NCBI RefSeq assembly: GCF_018977255.1
Contig: NW_024704747.1
Coordinates: forward strand, 10,106,001-10,170,000
DNA: 64,000 nucleotides
Direction of reading: 5' to 3'
From: Callorhinchus milii
Taxonomy: Eukaryota
How positions within the stretch are numbered: position 1 is the stretch's first letter; every line of letters starts with the position of its first letter. A model generated the notes under the pieces. It saw nothing but the letters and a program-made list of their open reading frames with translations. It was not told where the DNA came from and did not search any database. Positions 22,369 through 35,629 of this stretch are shown in pieces. The position numbers were made by a program, and so were the translations under genes.

Positions 22369-25300
22369 TATACAATTTAAATACATATACACATATAAAC
22401 TGTATATATATATATAGTATATTTTACCTTGGTAACAAACAACAAAACGCAAAACCAAAGGTTTTATATAAGGTATTTTATGTGTATATATATTTTAATT
22501 CACTGATGGCAACTTATTTTCTGTCTGTTTTCTATTTCTAATATTCCAGTTACAGGCATGGGCTACTTACATTTGCATTTTCATTTTCAACATTTTAATA
22601 TCTGCTGTTGTTTGGTAGGTGAGCAACCATAACAGATTATTTCAGCACTATGAGCTTTACTTGTTTCCAAAGAACAAGGAAACTCCCAGGAAATTAATAG
22701 TTTATCTTTTAGTGAGTGTTTTGTGTATGCAGTATGAAAAAAAAGTGAAGCAACAGAAGGAGAATAGGGAAACTTTTGAGATAAGGTGAGGTATGTGGTA
22801 TTCTGCCATGGTTGAGGTGCTATTGATGGACAATCTGACAGTGTTGCTGCCATGCTGGCAACTGAATGGAGTTTATTTATTGTTTATAGAGCTGAATCGG
22901 AAACCTTTCTGCCCCAGTGTGTGTAATTCTCCATGGAGGCAAGAGTCCCTGTGAGGAGCTCTGAAGCGGCTCAATATTCCATTTATTTTATTCATAAAGA
23001 AATTCTAAGCTTGAAAAGATGAAGTAATTGACTTACAGGAATGACAGTTAAGCCACTAAATTTAATCTTATCCTCTCAAGTACAACAGATCACGTTTACA
23101 AATTATCACCTTGCACCAGACAGGCCTGCACTCTTCCCCTAATCCAGATGGAAATGAGGGTCTCTGTTATTGTATTATCTGACTTCACTATCAGCATTAA
23201 TCCGGCTTAACTCACTTAATGATGCCACTTGTGGCGCTCTGAAGGAAGGAGAGAAGTCTATAAACTAGTTCTATTAAAATGCAAATCTGCCCCACAGAGA
23301 AAATAAGTGACACAAAAGTAAGAGAATTTGACCATATACAGTATCAGTCTCATGCCGCACTAAACTGATACCAGTATAATAACTGAAGCTGAAATTATTA
23401 TTCTAGCCACAGACTTCAACTGAAATGGAGCCACTCTAGCACAGAATGTCAAACCGCTTCAACAAGCCAGGGTGTTTAATTCCTGTAGAGATTTATAGTT
23501 TTTGTTGTCAGGAAATGAGCAAACAGTTATCAGTGTGAAAGCAGAGATATCTTGGATCTCCACGCTACGCCATTTTGCTGATACTATTTGTACTATATAC
23601 CACAGGAAATGAATTTTTTTTATATATGTTGCTCTTTCAAAGCTTTACTACATCTTAAAATCCTCTCACAACAGATTATTCAATTTTGTAGACAGAAAAA
23701 ACATGGTGTGGAAAAAAATCCCTTTCAATGTGTCAAACCCAAATATTATTTCCCTGGGTTTATAACGTCTATACATATTTATAGCCACTATTCCCTGAAT
23801 TTTCTTTGAAAGAGACAGGATTAGTCTCAGCGTTTGGAATGCAATCAATCCAGAAAATAAATTATGGGAATATCCTATATCATAGAATTGATAAGAAGTC
23901 TTGTTAAAATAAAAGCAACATAAAAGGTAATAAATTAGGAATAGTACTTTTTAATATAACTAACATTTACAATCTTTGCATTGTAATTGAAAACAAGTAT
24001 TTCAGCGTCATTTTAAAAATCATAATTCACATTTGAAAACTAACTGCTTTTATTGTGTATTCTGGACCATGTTGCAGGAACAAAAAATAATTTCGTTGGG
24101 GCCTAAAAGATATTTAATTGCAGATTATGCTTTTGTATTCATGCAATTGATAATTGTTGACACAACTATTAATAATACATACTATAACAATATTTGCATT
24201 TAGCACTTCGAGACCCTATCCTGCATGAAAGGCGCTATATAAATGCAAGTTTTTGTTGCATTTGGGAGTAGTGCCTTTCACGACAGAAGGATGTCTGCTT
24301 CACAGGATTTATTGTAAAGTGTAGTGACTGTATATTTTGTTGGCCTGGTTTCACTGTCCCGAATAGGACACCGAAAAGGAGCTATCCATTTCAGTGTCCC
24401 GTGCTCCCCCCTCCCCCCAAAAACAAAATGCTTCAGCTTTGTGTGACACTCCATCCAGTGCCCTGCTGAGAGCTGACAAAACAAATCCAACCGAGGCAAG
24501 TAGGTTGGACATGCATCCCTAGGACTGGAACTCACACTTTTCTAGTTGAAAATCTAGGTACCAATTGCTCATGTTATCAGACAACTCTGAAGACCACACT
24601 GAAGTTTGCATAATATTTAGTGCGTGCATTCAAATTCTCTTTTGAAATGTGGACTAGTCAAATCAACAGAAATGCAATCACTCATTTGAAGGTTTCAAAA
24701 TGGTCTGTGGATTTCAGCCAGTAGCACACCACCCATTCTCGTTTTATTATTTTAGATCTGAGCAACACTATTGAAGCAGTAGTCTTGAATTATTTCTCTG
24801 TGCACATTACAGAAGAAACAGATTTTTATGTGGGTTTCAGATTTTTAATTGGATATATTGGATTTTTAGTATGAATTCTAGGTATAATGAAATGCTAATA
24901 ACAATGTATTTTGTCATTTGATCTCAGAAATTAGAATAACAATTACAGTATAAATTTGTATAATGAGAATAATCACTGCATGGTGGACAAGGTTTGATGG
25001 TTATTAAACTCAGAGTTTGGCAGCAAAAGCAAGTACAAGGGCAATGTGCAAAGTAGTATGTAAATGAATCAATGGTTAATCTTGAGTTGCATTTTATGCT
25101 ATCAGATAATGAAAAGTATAAGGGACAGGAGAGGAGAAGGAAGCTCAGAAAGCAGTCTAACCAAGTGAACAAAAAATATGCAAAGTTTTAGGATCTAACA
25201 GTCTCCTACATGGAGGAGTGTCTTTATTCACAATGTCGGATTGCAGGATGAAAGTTAAAAAAAGAGAGTCTGCTTCTGTAAAGTCATGGTAAATTCTGCC

Positions 25301-26694
25301 TTATAGTGGTTTGCCATCTTTGAAAGTCAATGACTGAGAAAAACTTGGCAGACTGCCACTAACTTCCTACATTTCTCTTGCTTCATTCATCACATCTTTC
25401 TGTAGCTGCTCTCCTTTTACCATATTGTACATAGGCTCTTGCCCATGTACAAGATTTACTGCATAATCTGCTATAAATGAAAATAGGTGCCAGGTCTGAT
25501 TTTAAATGATGCTTAGAAAACTGCCATAAAATGACAAAAGTGATCTTTTCTTCATGCTATTTCAAAATGAAGAGAGAAAGGTATAAAACACATTTTGTAC
25601 AGTTAATAGACAGATATACCCAAACCAGTGGAGTGTAGGTTGATCTACCTTTAATGTAACTACCAGTCACTGTGTGGAGCAGCACCTGACATTGTTATAG
25701 CTAATGGGACCTACAAATGGTATTTAAGGAAGAGGTTACCGTTGGTAACAGCCTTTATATCTTTGTGTATATGACAAATCAAGTGAACACAAGTTGTATA
25801 TTCTTAACTTTCCTCTATAAATCGTTAGTACATATAATTTCCACATGTTTAAAATATCAGGCAAAACGTTTCCTGTTTTAAATGATCACAAGCAAATGTC
25901 AGGACAATAATTCAAATTTATGCACATTCAATTCTAACAACAGTCTATATATAAATTGAACAAGGCAAGAGGACAAGACAAAAGTCTGTTGGGTGAAGCA
26001 TTTACGATTTTAAGTACTGTATCTTTGCTTTCAAACAAAACAATCCCAGAAGGAAATTAACCCAACCAATCACTACACTAAATGCGTGGCAAATGTACAG
26101 TAGTGATAAGTATTGAGGTCAACGTTTTAAGAATCACCAGAACAAATTACATCACGTGCCACGGATATTTATTTAAAGTGACCTACTGTCTGCTGTGTGA
26201 GCTGTGGACATTTCCTATAGTTGTATGCATGCCTAATTAATACTATTATATAGACTGAATACAATGGCATACCATTTGCATTTTGAAAAGGACAATATTC
26301 CTTGCTGCAACGAGTTTACTGATTTTCCCTGACCAGCTAGTAGTGCTTTTAGGGCAGCGACCCGTGTGTCGGCAAGATGATAAATCTGGTTGTGATTTGG
26401 CATTGTATAAGAGTTACTGAAACACAGCTTTTTGTGACAACTGCCAGTTAGAGTGTTGGTCCTGACCACAAGCTACCAAATGGCATTCAGTAGCCTTTTG
26501 TTGCAGTAGCACTCTCTTTGTGACCAAACCTGTCAGGCTATACTCTAAGGTACAATATGCTCATCTGAATAGAGGACTTGTTATTGAATCTCATGCTGTT
26601 CGGTCTGAAACCTTGTAATCACTCAAATTGGCATCGCTGAAGAAAACATTTCACTGATTAAATAAACTTACTATGAAGCCTCTGGTTTAATCAT

Positions 26695-26908
26695 TAATAA
26701 TAATAATCCCTCCAAAAACAAAAAACAATAATAAATTGGTCATTTTCAATCTACGACTGTTTGTGGGACATTGCTGTGCGCAATTGGCTGCCGTGTTCGC
26801 CCACAAATATACAGTCAATTCACTGTACAGTATATTCTGTGAAGCGCTTTGGGACATCTAGAAGACGTGAAAAGCGCTGTATCAAATGCAAGGATTATTA
26901 TTATTATT
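26695..26908 (+). mobile_element. SINE short subfamily, 5'-truncated
   Basis: taataatccctccaaaaacaaaaaacaataataaattggtc...(att)n. Confidence 0.9.
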
Positions 26909-27139
26909 AATCACCAAATATTAACAAAAGTAAAAATGCAAGGTAGTAAGTGACAGAGAGGTAGAAAGAGAGAAGCTAAATATACCATGGTTTCCAGGCA
27001 GGCTTTGTACGGCCGGGTATAATTGTTTTAAATTATGTTTTAAAAATGTTTGTAATGTTGTTTTATTTATACATAGGACATTATCTGCTGATACATTCTC
27101 ACACTTATTTAAATTTTAATTTATTGCTATAATACAAAA

Positions 27140-27315
27140 ACGCTTCCATTTTGGTACAATACGTTTCATATCGGGTGGACGTCCGAAAGCACTTGACAGG
27201 ACGTATTGTAAAATACAGTGACTGTTTTTTGGGGTGAATGAGGCCGCAATTTGTGCACATCAATGTCCCACAAACAGCCATGAAATGAATGACCAATTTT
27301 ATTTTGGGATATTAT
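27140..27315 (-). mobile_element. Old SINE 3' fragment
   Basis: caatgtcccacaaacagccatgaaatgaatgaccaa. Confidence 0.55.
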
Positions 27316-27739
27316 AAAAATTGCACATCAACTGCACATTTCAGAATAACCTCCTCTATGAATTCTGATTTGAGGGGGTTGGAGGAAAATAATTTGGAGA
27401 ACATCTCAATAATTTCCATAAATCCTATATTTTTTCATTCAAATACAGAGGAATCAAAACAGAATGAACAGATTAAATGGAAGACAAGTGTGTATGTTGA
27501 AACAAAGAAAACTTCATAATTGATACAACACGTTACTGCAGAGTGAGATGTGTGTCCACACAGTTTCATGGTTCTGAGCTCCAGGGCATGCAGCAAAGGA
27601 CTTGCTTTCAGCCCATTTGTGAGAACCAAGCAGTGGGATGCATTTGTTATCAAATGGGGAAGTGGCTGCAGGGATGAAGGCTCCAGCACGTTGGTTTGTT
27701 ACTGAGAAACCTTGAGGCTGACACAGCTTCTTGTCAGAC

Positions 27740-28105
27740 ATGTTTATTTACCGCCGATGTCAGCGCGGTCAGCGTAGGAGTGACTCTAGTTGGGGTCAGG
27801 CCCCATCTGCCTGCCGAGTTCAGTGCGTCCCTAAGCACGTAGTCCAAGTGTCCGAGTCTGCAGCAGGCCTTCTCTGACATGGTGCTGTGCTGGTACACCA
27901 ACTGGTTTTGGGCGACCACAACATGCCAGGGTTCCAACCCTGTGGAGGCTGACACCAGGGGACTCTCACTGCGTAGAAGAGCGTCCCCACAAGGAATATA
28001 ATGTTTGCATCTGGATACAGATAACGGAATGCGTTTTGTGGTTGTTGCATTTTTTGTTGAACCAGATATATAATATTTTCTAAATAAATATATATTTAAA
28101 AAAAA
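27740..28105. mobile_element. Tx1/L1-clade LINE 3' end with 5' inversion
   Basis: Minus strand ~27930->27800 encodes LWS/AQNQLVYQHSTMSEKACCRLGH-LDYVLRDAL..GRWG, like the fish/shark Tx1 ORF2 C-terminus. Plus strand ~27930-28105 ends in aataaa...a8. Confidence 0.65.
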
Positions 28106-29099
28106 CAGCATATCTGTTTACCAAAACTCCTCATATGAGGGCCAGGATTAAGAAGTTCATGTTGAGCAAGTATGGTATGCAGCATTGGACTTGAACCTTT
28201 AGAACACCTTGTTTGGAATGCAGTTTGCAGTAGCAGCTGCTGCTGACACTCCACACTCCAACTGATAAAAACATCACCCATTGGGTAGGAATGTGTGTCC
28301 GGAGAGGACGACAATGCTCTTCCTTGACAATGCTCTCATGCATTTCATGCAGATCTGTGCTGCTCAATAGGTGGCTTGCAGTGAGTTCCGACTGCCTGCC
28401 ATCCACCTCCTGGATCTTCAATCTGTATTGGTAGAATGTCAAATGACCAACTAGTAACTATCTTCCTTGAGGGGGAGGTAACAAGGATGTCTTTGGGGCT
28501 GAACTGGCTCCAATATGAGATATATACTGCTACTGTTGGAGCAGCCAGCCTGGCTTATCAACAGGATCAATGACTCTTCCCACTCAGCGATTGTTAACCC
28601 TCAAAACAAAGCCATAATGAGTTGGGTGGTTGTACCTGGACAGACTGTAGGAAGCTTGTCAGCCAGTGTTCTCAATGTATCTCAATGTTCTCAATATATG
28701 CTTTTAGCTGATTAGACTCCATAAGTAGCCTCAACATCAGAACCGTTATGATTGGAAGATCAGTGCTGTTCAAAAGTATTACATTATTTTTTAACAAAAA
28801 TTTTTTGCTTTGCATACTATAACATATTCTTAAGAACTGAACCTCTAAGCTCCCTTCACAATATTTCTATTTAAAAAANCTACTGAAAAAATGCTAAACA
28901 ATAGCAAAGGACATTTGCAATTGAACAATAAAAGTATGTGAGATTTTTCTTGCCTCGAAGCAATGGATTTTTCCGTTATTATGAGCACGCATTACTACAC
29001 TTAAATTTCTTGCCTTAGAAGATAAAAACAGATATACAAAATCACTGTCTTGTGTCATCGCTTTTCCATATCACTGTCATAAAATTCTCATGGTTCATA

Positions 29100-29450
29100 A
29101 TGTATAAAATAAACTTGTAGTCGATATAGTGCCTCTAAAGAATGCTTTTTTAAATAGATCTTCAGAAAGTTCCTACAAAGTGCAGTGAATGTGTATTTGT
29201 AGACTAATGTCACAGCTAATTTATGCACAGCAATGCCCCATAAGCAGCCATGAAGTGTATTAACAATTTTATCTGGAGGATTATTGGTCAAGAATCTCTC
29301 TTTTCAAATAGACCACGTGAAAAGACAGACAGAACCTCATATCATCTGCAGTACACCATCTCTGACAATGCTGCACTGGAATGTTAGCCTAGATGGAGTC
29401 CAAAATCCAGATGTTAGGCTTGAACCCACAACCTTCAAACCTAGAGACAA
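29100..29450 (-). mobile_element. Deu-domain SINE (SacSINE1-like), old
   Basis: cagcaatgccccataagcagcc, tctgacaatgctgcactggaatgttagcctag and ggcttgaacccacaacctt. Confidence 0.65.
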
Positions 29451-29479
29451 AAAATTTACGTTTTTAAATAATTAGGTAG

Positions 29480-29796
29480 TAATAATAATTCTTACATTTG
29501 ATATAGGGCCTTTTCACATCTTCTAGACTTCTCAAAGTACTTCACAGAACATACTGTAAAGTGATTGACTGTATATTTTGTGGCCAAACGCAGCAGCCAA
29601 TAGCGCACAAATAGTTGTGGATTGAAGGGCCAATTTTTTTTAAAAAGGAATTATTATCCCCAGAAAAGAGATCCGGGTTTCTACTTACTGCAAGGTACAC
29701 AGTAGTAAGGAAACTTGCCCAACGTTTCAACCTGCCGAGAATCAAACCCAGGTCACTCGCTTGTGAGGCGAGTGCTCTAACCACTGAGCTACAGGA
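29480..29796 (-). mobile_element. tRNA-headed SINE, long subfamily
   Basis: Reverse complement of head (gagtgctctaaccactgagctacagga) and tail. Confidence 0.88.
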
Positions 29797-31242
29797 AGTA
29801 TATAATATTATTAATTGCATTTGTCAGATTGGTTCTGATTAGCAAGTATTGTTCAGGGCATTTGAGCAGATGAGAAAGTACTCTGAAAAAAAATACTATT
29901 CAATTTTATTCAAGACTAAGACAAGCCTTCAAGAACATAACAGCTCAGCTCAGTACATTAAATAGCCCAAGGATTGAAAAAGTTGAAAGAATTCCCCCTT
30001 TATTGTCATATATTCAATGCAACTTGTGTTATCACCAATCTGTTCCTAGTTCTCTGAGACGAGACATTATTAGTAATTATTTTCTGATATTTGTCACTTG
30101 CTGTGCATGTCCACAAACTGACACTAACTCATCAAGGTCACAAACAACTACATCGGCATCCCACATCCCATCCATAATTGAACAAGGCATCAACTTTAAT
30201 GATGCCAAACTCTTCAAACTATTCTGGGTCTGAATTTACACATGAGGTAACAGGATTTGTTAATCATTCTAAAATGTATTTCAGAGTATTCAGTATTTGG
30301 GAAAGAACCCAGGCAGACGTTCAACTATCGAATAAACATCAGCTAGTCATTTATTTATTTCTCTGTTGAATATTATCAATTTATTTTTAACTATAATAAC
30401 TTCAATTATGTTCTAGCTGTATAGTTACCAGACAATTGAAGAACAATATTATCATTATAACATTGCTGGATTGATGGGCCTCATTGGCATAAGCTTTATT
30501 CCATGTTTTCTTATGGATCAATCACCATCATTCCCTTCCACTTGTGCGGTCATGACTTTTAGGATGTACCTATGATGGATGAGAACAGGACAGGAGAAGA
30601 CAATCCTGCTTAGCACCTGTTGTGTTCGAGATTTCCTCAATGGCTTGAACCTCTATCATAAAATCATCCTTTAATAGATCAACAACTTCTAGCGGTCAGA
30701 CAGATGTTCTGCTGTGAGGACAAAGTGATGTGACTAAACCTTATTTATTCTTGTTGAAGGCTCTGTTCAAATTTAATGAGATACACTTTTTTTTGCATTT
30801 AAGCAAGATGGACACAGGCCCCAAATATTATTGCCAAATGAACAATTTTCATTTGTGGATCCTTACACCAAGCAACGCATGTTAAATTAAATAGTTAACA
30901 CGCATTTTCTTAAAAATTTTGCTGCTCCGGCGTGTGCCACTGAAATCACAGCCTGTTATGCAGAATAGTTCTGTAAAAAAGGTATTTGCTTCGATCACTG
31001 GTAGAATCACAAGAAGGAACTCAAATGAGTCCACTCCACTCAGTGGCGAAAGGGCTCTGGATTTTCAAGTAAAATGGGGGCACTGATTCGGGATAAAACC
31101 TTGGTGTGTTTAAAAACTTTGTTAGAGTTTAAAGAAGATGGTGGGATCTGGGTGACCCTCTTCTGTCCAAGCTGTCACTCACCTGGATGTTGGCTCTGCT
31201 CTGGTTAGTATTGGGAGCCAATCAGAAGGCACTCAGGATATA

Positions 31243-31632
31243 CAACAACAACTTGAGCTTATACAACGCAGGGTAGTGTCTCAGAGCTTAACAATGGCAG
31301 AGCCTGACTCTGAGCCGTGGTGCCTTCCGCATGGTAGAACAGGAAGGTTTTCAAGCGCGACTCGAAAAAGGGGAGAGAGAGGGCAAGGCGGAGGGATTGA
31401 GGGAGAGTGTCCCAGCGTTTCAGGGCATAGTGGCTGAAAACGCAACCTCCGATGGTGGGGAAGAGGATGCGAGGGACGAGCAGGAGGCTGATGCTAGTCG
31501 ACCGGAGGTGCTAGGTAGTGGATTGGGGAGTGAGGAGGTTGAAGAGATAGGCAGGTGTCAGAAAGTGAAGGGATTTGAACACAAGTGCGAGGATCTTGAA
31601 GTCAATCCATTCGGTGATGGGGAGCCAGTGGA
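31243..31632 (-). mobile_element. L2 3' fragment
   Basis: (caa)n tail. gggagccagtgga is antisense LHWLP. The same architecture as the copy at 2661. Confidence 0.8.
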
Positions 31633-31799
31633 TATTTCCTGAATTCCCATACACAAAGCATCAATGAGATCTATTTCAGCATCCCAAACATTTCTATACT
31701 CCAACATTTCAAGATGAGGTTCAATATGCAATGCATTTGTTACTTTGGCTTATACTAAAGGTTAGCTTCTATTGCAAGTAATAACAAAATGGTTCAAAC

Positions 31800-31890
31800 A
31801 ATCGCTTGTGGATGTGCCAAGACAGTAGAACAAGAGGACATGGGGTTGCAACGGGCATTTGTAGAACAGGCACCAGAAAGTAGTTCTTCA
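31800..31890 (+). mobile_element. CR1 C-terminal scrap
   Basis: gacagtagaacaagaggacatggg encodes DSRTRGHG. Confidence 0.4.
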
Positions 31891-32108
31891 AATACGTACA
31901 TTTTCTGTAATGACATACATTATTCTGTAATGCAGTAGATGACACATATAACAAGTAGAAAGTGATTCATGTCACTCACTAATGTTAGTTACCTATACAT
32001 CTTCGCAGTACAGAAAGCTCAAAATGTGTGAACTACATACCATGCAGAAGCACCACACTTCATAGGCAAACAGCAGACAATTTTGATAAAATATAAGTAA
32101 AAGAAAAC

Positions 32109-32150
32109 TTTCTCTCTTTCTCTCTCTCTCGCTCTCTCGCGTGCGCTCTC
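32109..32150. repeat. (CT)n microsatellite, imperfect
   Basis: tctctctttctctctctctcgctctctcgcgtgcgctctc. Confidence 0.8.
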
Positions 32151-32305
32151 TGTGGCAGCAGAGCATTACGAACTGAATCACAAAACTTAGATCAAACCAC
32201 ACTTCATAATCTAATGTAGTGAATCAATCCATTCTACAATCTGCAAATAACTATAGCCAGCTAGCCTGATGACTTAAACAAATTAAGCGTTATCAACTTT
32301 TACTG

Positions 32306-32657
32306 GTGGAGTCCTGCAACTCAGTGGTTAGAGCACTCGCCTCGTAAGCGAGAGACCTGGGTTTGATGCCCGGCAGGGTGAAAGTTTGGGCAAGTTTCCT
32401 TACTCCACACGCCTCTGTTTATCTAGCAGTAGTAGGAACCCAGTTATTAGTTGATTGGCGGATTGCTGTTCCAGGGATAATAATTCTTAAAAAAAAATTT
32501 GGTCACTCGATCCGGGACTGTTTGTAGGACACTGCTGCATTCAATTGGCTGCTGCGTTTACACAGTCAATTCACTTTACGGTATATTCTGTGAAGCGCTT
32601 TGAGGTGTCCAGAAGATGTGAAAAGCACTATATCAAATGCAACGATTATTGTTATTA
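32306..32657 (+). mobile_element. tRNA-headed SINE, long subfamily
   Basis: gtggagtcctgcaactcagtggttagagc head, core and tail. Confidence 0.92.
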
Positions 32658-33263
32658 CTGCATATCCTCAATATTGTAAAATGGAATTGTGTCACCAACA
32701 TATTTTTGACATACATCAACTTGTTCACAAACATTTCCACATTGCCTTTTTGACCCAAGACTTACAGTCGGTAACACATTTGCTCCAAATGAATAAAAAG
32801 TGCAGATCACATGGGTGTTCAAAGGTCACATCTTGACGAGATGTAATCATTTTGATGGTTTGTTCATAATATTTTTTGGTGTAGACAGAATTAAAATGCA
32901 TGTCTTAAAGGAGGAATCACACATTATTTGGCCTTTTTTTTAAAAAAAATGACACAATAAAATACACTTGGTAAAATTTGTAACAAAATAAATTTCTGAT
33001 GGAGAGACTTTCTTTAAAACAAACATAATATTAACCCAACCAGAATCAAATTACATTTCAATTACAGTGTGCCTTAATTGAAGCAGGTAATTTTTGAGAA
33101 ATGTTGGGTACCATATTTATCCCTGTTTCAAATGATTTTAGTTTGGTTCTAACATATTGCTTTAATATTCATATATTATTAAATTAGCATGTTTCAATAC
33201 TGCAAAGTTAGTTCTGTGACTGTATTGGTACAGGTTTCTAGCTATAATGCTAAATCCTGTATT

Positions 33264-33441
33264 GTGGAGTCCTGTAGCTTAGTGGTTAGAGCACTTGCCT
33301 CGCAAGCGAGAGCCTGGGTTCGATTCCTGGGCACGGCAAAATGCTGGGCAAGTTTCCTCACTCAAAATGCTTCTATTTACCCAGCAGTAAGTAGGAGCCC
33401 AGTTGTTAATTAATTAGCAGATCTCTCTTCCGAGTGCAATA
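33264..33441 (+). mobile_element. tRNA-headed SINE, 5' half (split by L2)
   Basis: Head and core up to ...gcagatctctcttccgagtgcaat. Confidence 0.85.
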
Positions 33442-33444
33442 TCA

Positions 33445-35435
33445 AAACGTACCGGTCCGCCCTCACCTCCGCCAAATTGTCTTTCTAATCCAAGATAATC
33501 TTGGAGGCGAAGGACAACCCCAGGCTCCTATAATCCATCACCAACTAGCTCCTCCGTCCACCCACTTATGCCTCGCCCATTCTCTCCTCCAACACTGACT
33601 GCGAGGAGATGCTGGATTTCCTCAAGTCCAAAATTGAGGGGATCCGATTAGCTGCTTCCGCCCTCCCAACTGCCACTCCTTCCCCATCTCCTCTCCACAC
33701 CCTGACCCCTACCCATCCCTCCCTCCACATCTTTGAACCTGTCTCCCCCTCCTCTCATCGCCAACAATTCAGCATGAAACACACCACCTCTCCCTTGACC
33801 CCCATCCCTCTACTTACTTCCCAGCTCCACCTCCTCACCCCTCTACTCTCCAACACCATCAATCTCTCCCTATCAGATGGCACAGTTCTCATCCCCCTAA
33901 TATCAGGTATGATCACCCTCACCTTGACAAAACCTTTGCTGCACCCATTCCTGCCTTCTAATTACCAACCCATCTCCAACCTCCCTTTTCTTTCCAAGGT
34001 CCTTGAAAGAGTCATTGCTTCCCAGCTTTACTCCTTCCTCTCCTATCACTCCCTTCACGAGCCGCTCCAATCGGGTTTCCGTGCTGCTCAGAGGAGATGC
34101 TGGATTTCTTCAAGTCCTCAAGTCCAAAACTGGTTTGGTCAAGGTCACAAACGACATACTATCCATCTGTGACCAGGGCTCGTCTGCCTCCTCGTCCTCC
34201 TCGACCTCTCTGCTGCCTTCGATACCATGGACCACTCCATCCTCCTCCACTGCCTCTCCTCTCACCTCAGCCTTCAAGGTTCTGTTCTTGAATGGTTCAG
34301 GTCTTATCTCTCACACCATCTCCAATTTCTCTCCACCAATGATTTCTCTTCGAGCTCCACACAGTCTTGTATAGTGTTCCTCAGGGCTCTTTCCTCGGTC
34401 CCTTTCTCTTCAACCTTTGTATGTTCCCTCTTGGTGATATCATCCGCAGACATGGAATCAACTTCCACATGTACACAGATGACACCCAACTCTATCTCTC
34501 TGCCTCCACCCTCGATTCCAGGACAACTGACGTCCTGACGGACTGTCTGTCAGACATCAAATCCTGGATGAGTGCCAACGTTCTACAGCTGAATCTCAGC
34601 AAGACGAAGGCCTCCCAATTGGCTCATGCCAGCACCTCCACACCTCAGGCACTGGCAGCATCAGCTTGCACCTCAACAAGCCAGTCAGGAACCTGGGCAT
34701 CTTGTTTGACCCTCAACTGTCCTTTCTACCCCCTATCCATGCCATAACCCGCTGTGGCTTTCTCCAGCTCTGCAACATTGCCTGACGCCACCATTACCTC
34801 ACTCCTCAGGCCGCTGAAACCCTCAAACATGCATTCGTCACTTCAAGGCTCGACTACGGAAACACCCTCCTTGTCGGCCTCCCCAACTCTTCCCTCCAAC
34901 GCTGCAGATCATCCAGAAGTCTGCAGCTCCTGTCTAGCATGGTCTTTATGCTGCAGCTCATGTCTTCTCCCCACCAGGCTCTGTGACCCCATCACCACCC
35001 TCACCCGGCTTCACTGGCTCCCCATCCCTCAGAGGATAGAATTCAAAATCCTCATCCTCACTTTCCCCCTCATACTCAAATTCCCACGGCCTTGCCCCCT
35101 CCTACATCTCTGACCCCCTATCAACCTGTCCGCTCCCTCCGTTCAGCAGACTCCCGCCCACCCCGCCCCACCATTGGCAACCGGGCTTTCAGTGTCTCTG
35201 CCCCCACCCTTTGAAACTCCATCCCACAATCCCTTCACCTTGCTCCCTCTCTTGCCTCCTTCAAGACATGTCTCAAGACCCTCCTTTTTGACCATGCCTT
35301 CAGCCATCCTCCTACTACCTCTGCCTTCCCTCATCCCAACCCTAACCCCACCACGCTCGGCTTCTGATCCTGACTGTTCAGCACCTTGAGACGTACTCCC
35401 GACGTGAAATGTGTTTTTCAAATGTAATTTTGTTG
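33445..35435 (+). mobile_element. L2 LINE ~2 kb, 5'-truncated, frameshifted RT
   Basis: [51 protein letters not shown] and LHWLPIPQRIEFK. Tail at ~35375-35435. Confidence 0.95.
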
Positions 35436-35440
35436 CAATA

Positions 35441-35628
35441 AATAAAATGAAAAAAATAATTTGGTCACTCAATCCATGACTGTAGGATACTTCTGTGCGC
35501 AATTAGCTGCCATGTTTCGACCACAAAATATACAGTCAATTCACTTTACATTATATTCTGTGAAGCTCTTTGATGTCTTGAAGATGTGATAAGGTGCTAT
35601 ATCAAATGCAAGGATTATTATTATTATT
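35441..35628 (+). mobile_element. tRNA-headed SINE, 3' half (continuation of 33264)
   Basis: aatttggtcactcaatccatgactg...(att)n. Confidence 0.8.
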
Positions 35629-35629
35629 A

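Noticed and set aside
23221-23240. CTCF-like tgccacttgtggcgct
   Set aside because: One base short of the core spacing.
28131-28720. Coding-looking ORFs next to the Tx1 fragment
   Set aside because: No recognisable motif or splice signals. Possibly an old TE, but it cannot be assigned.
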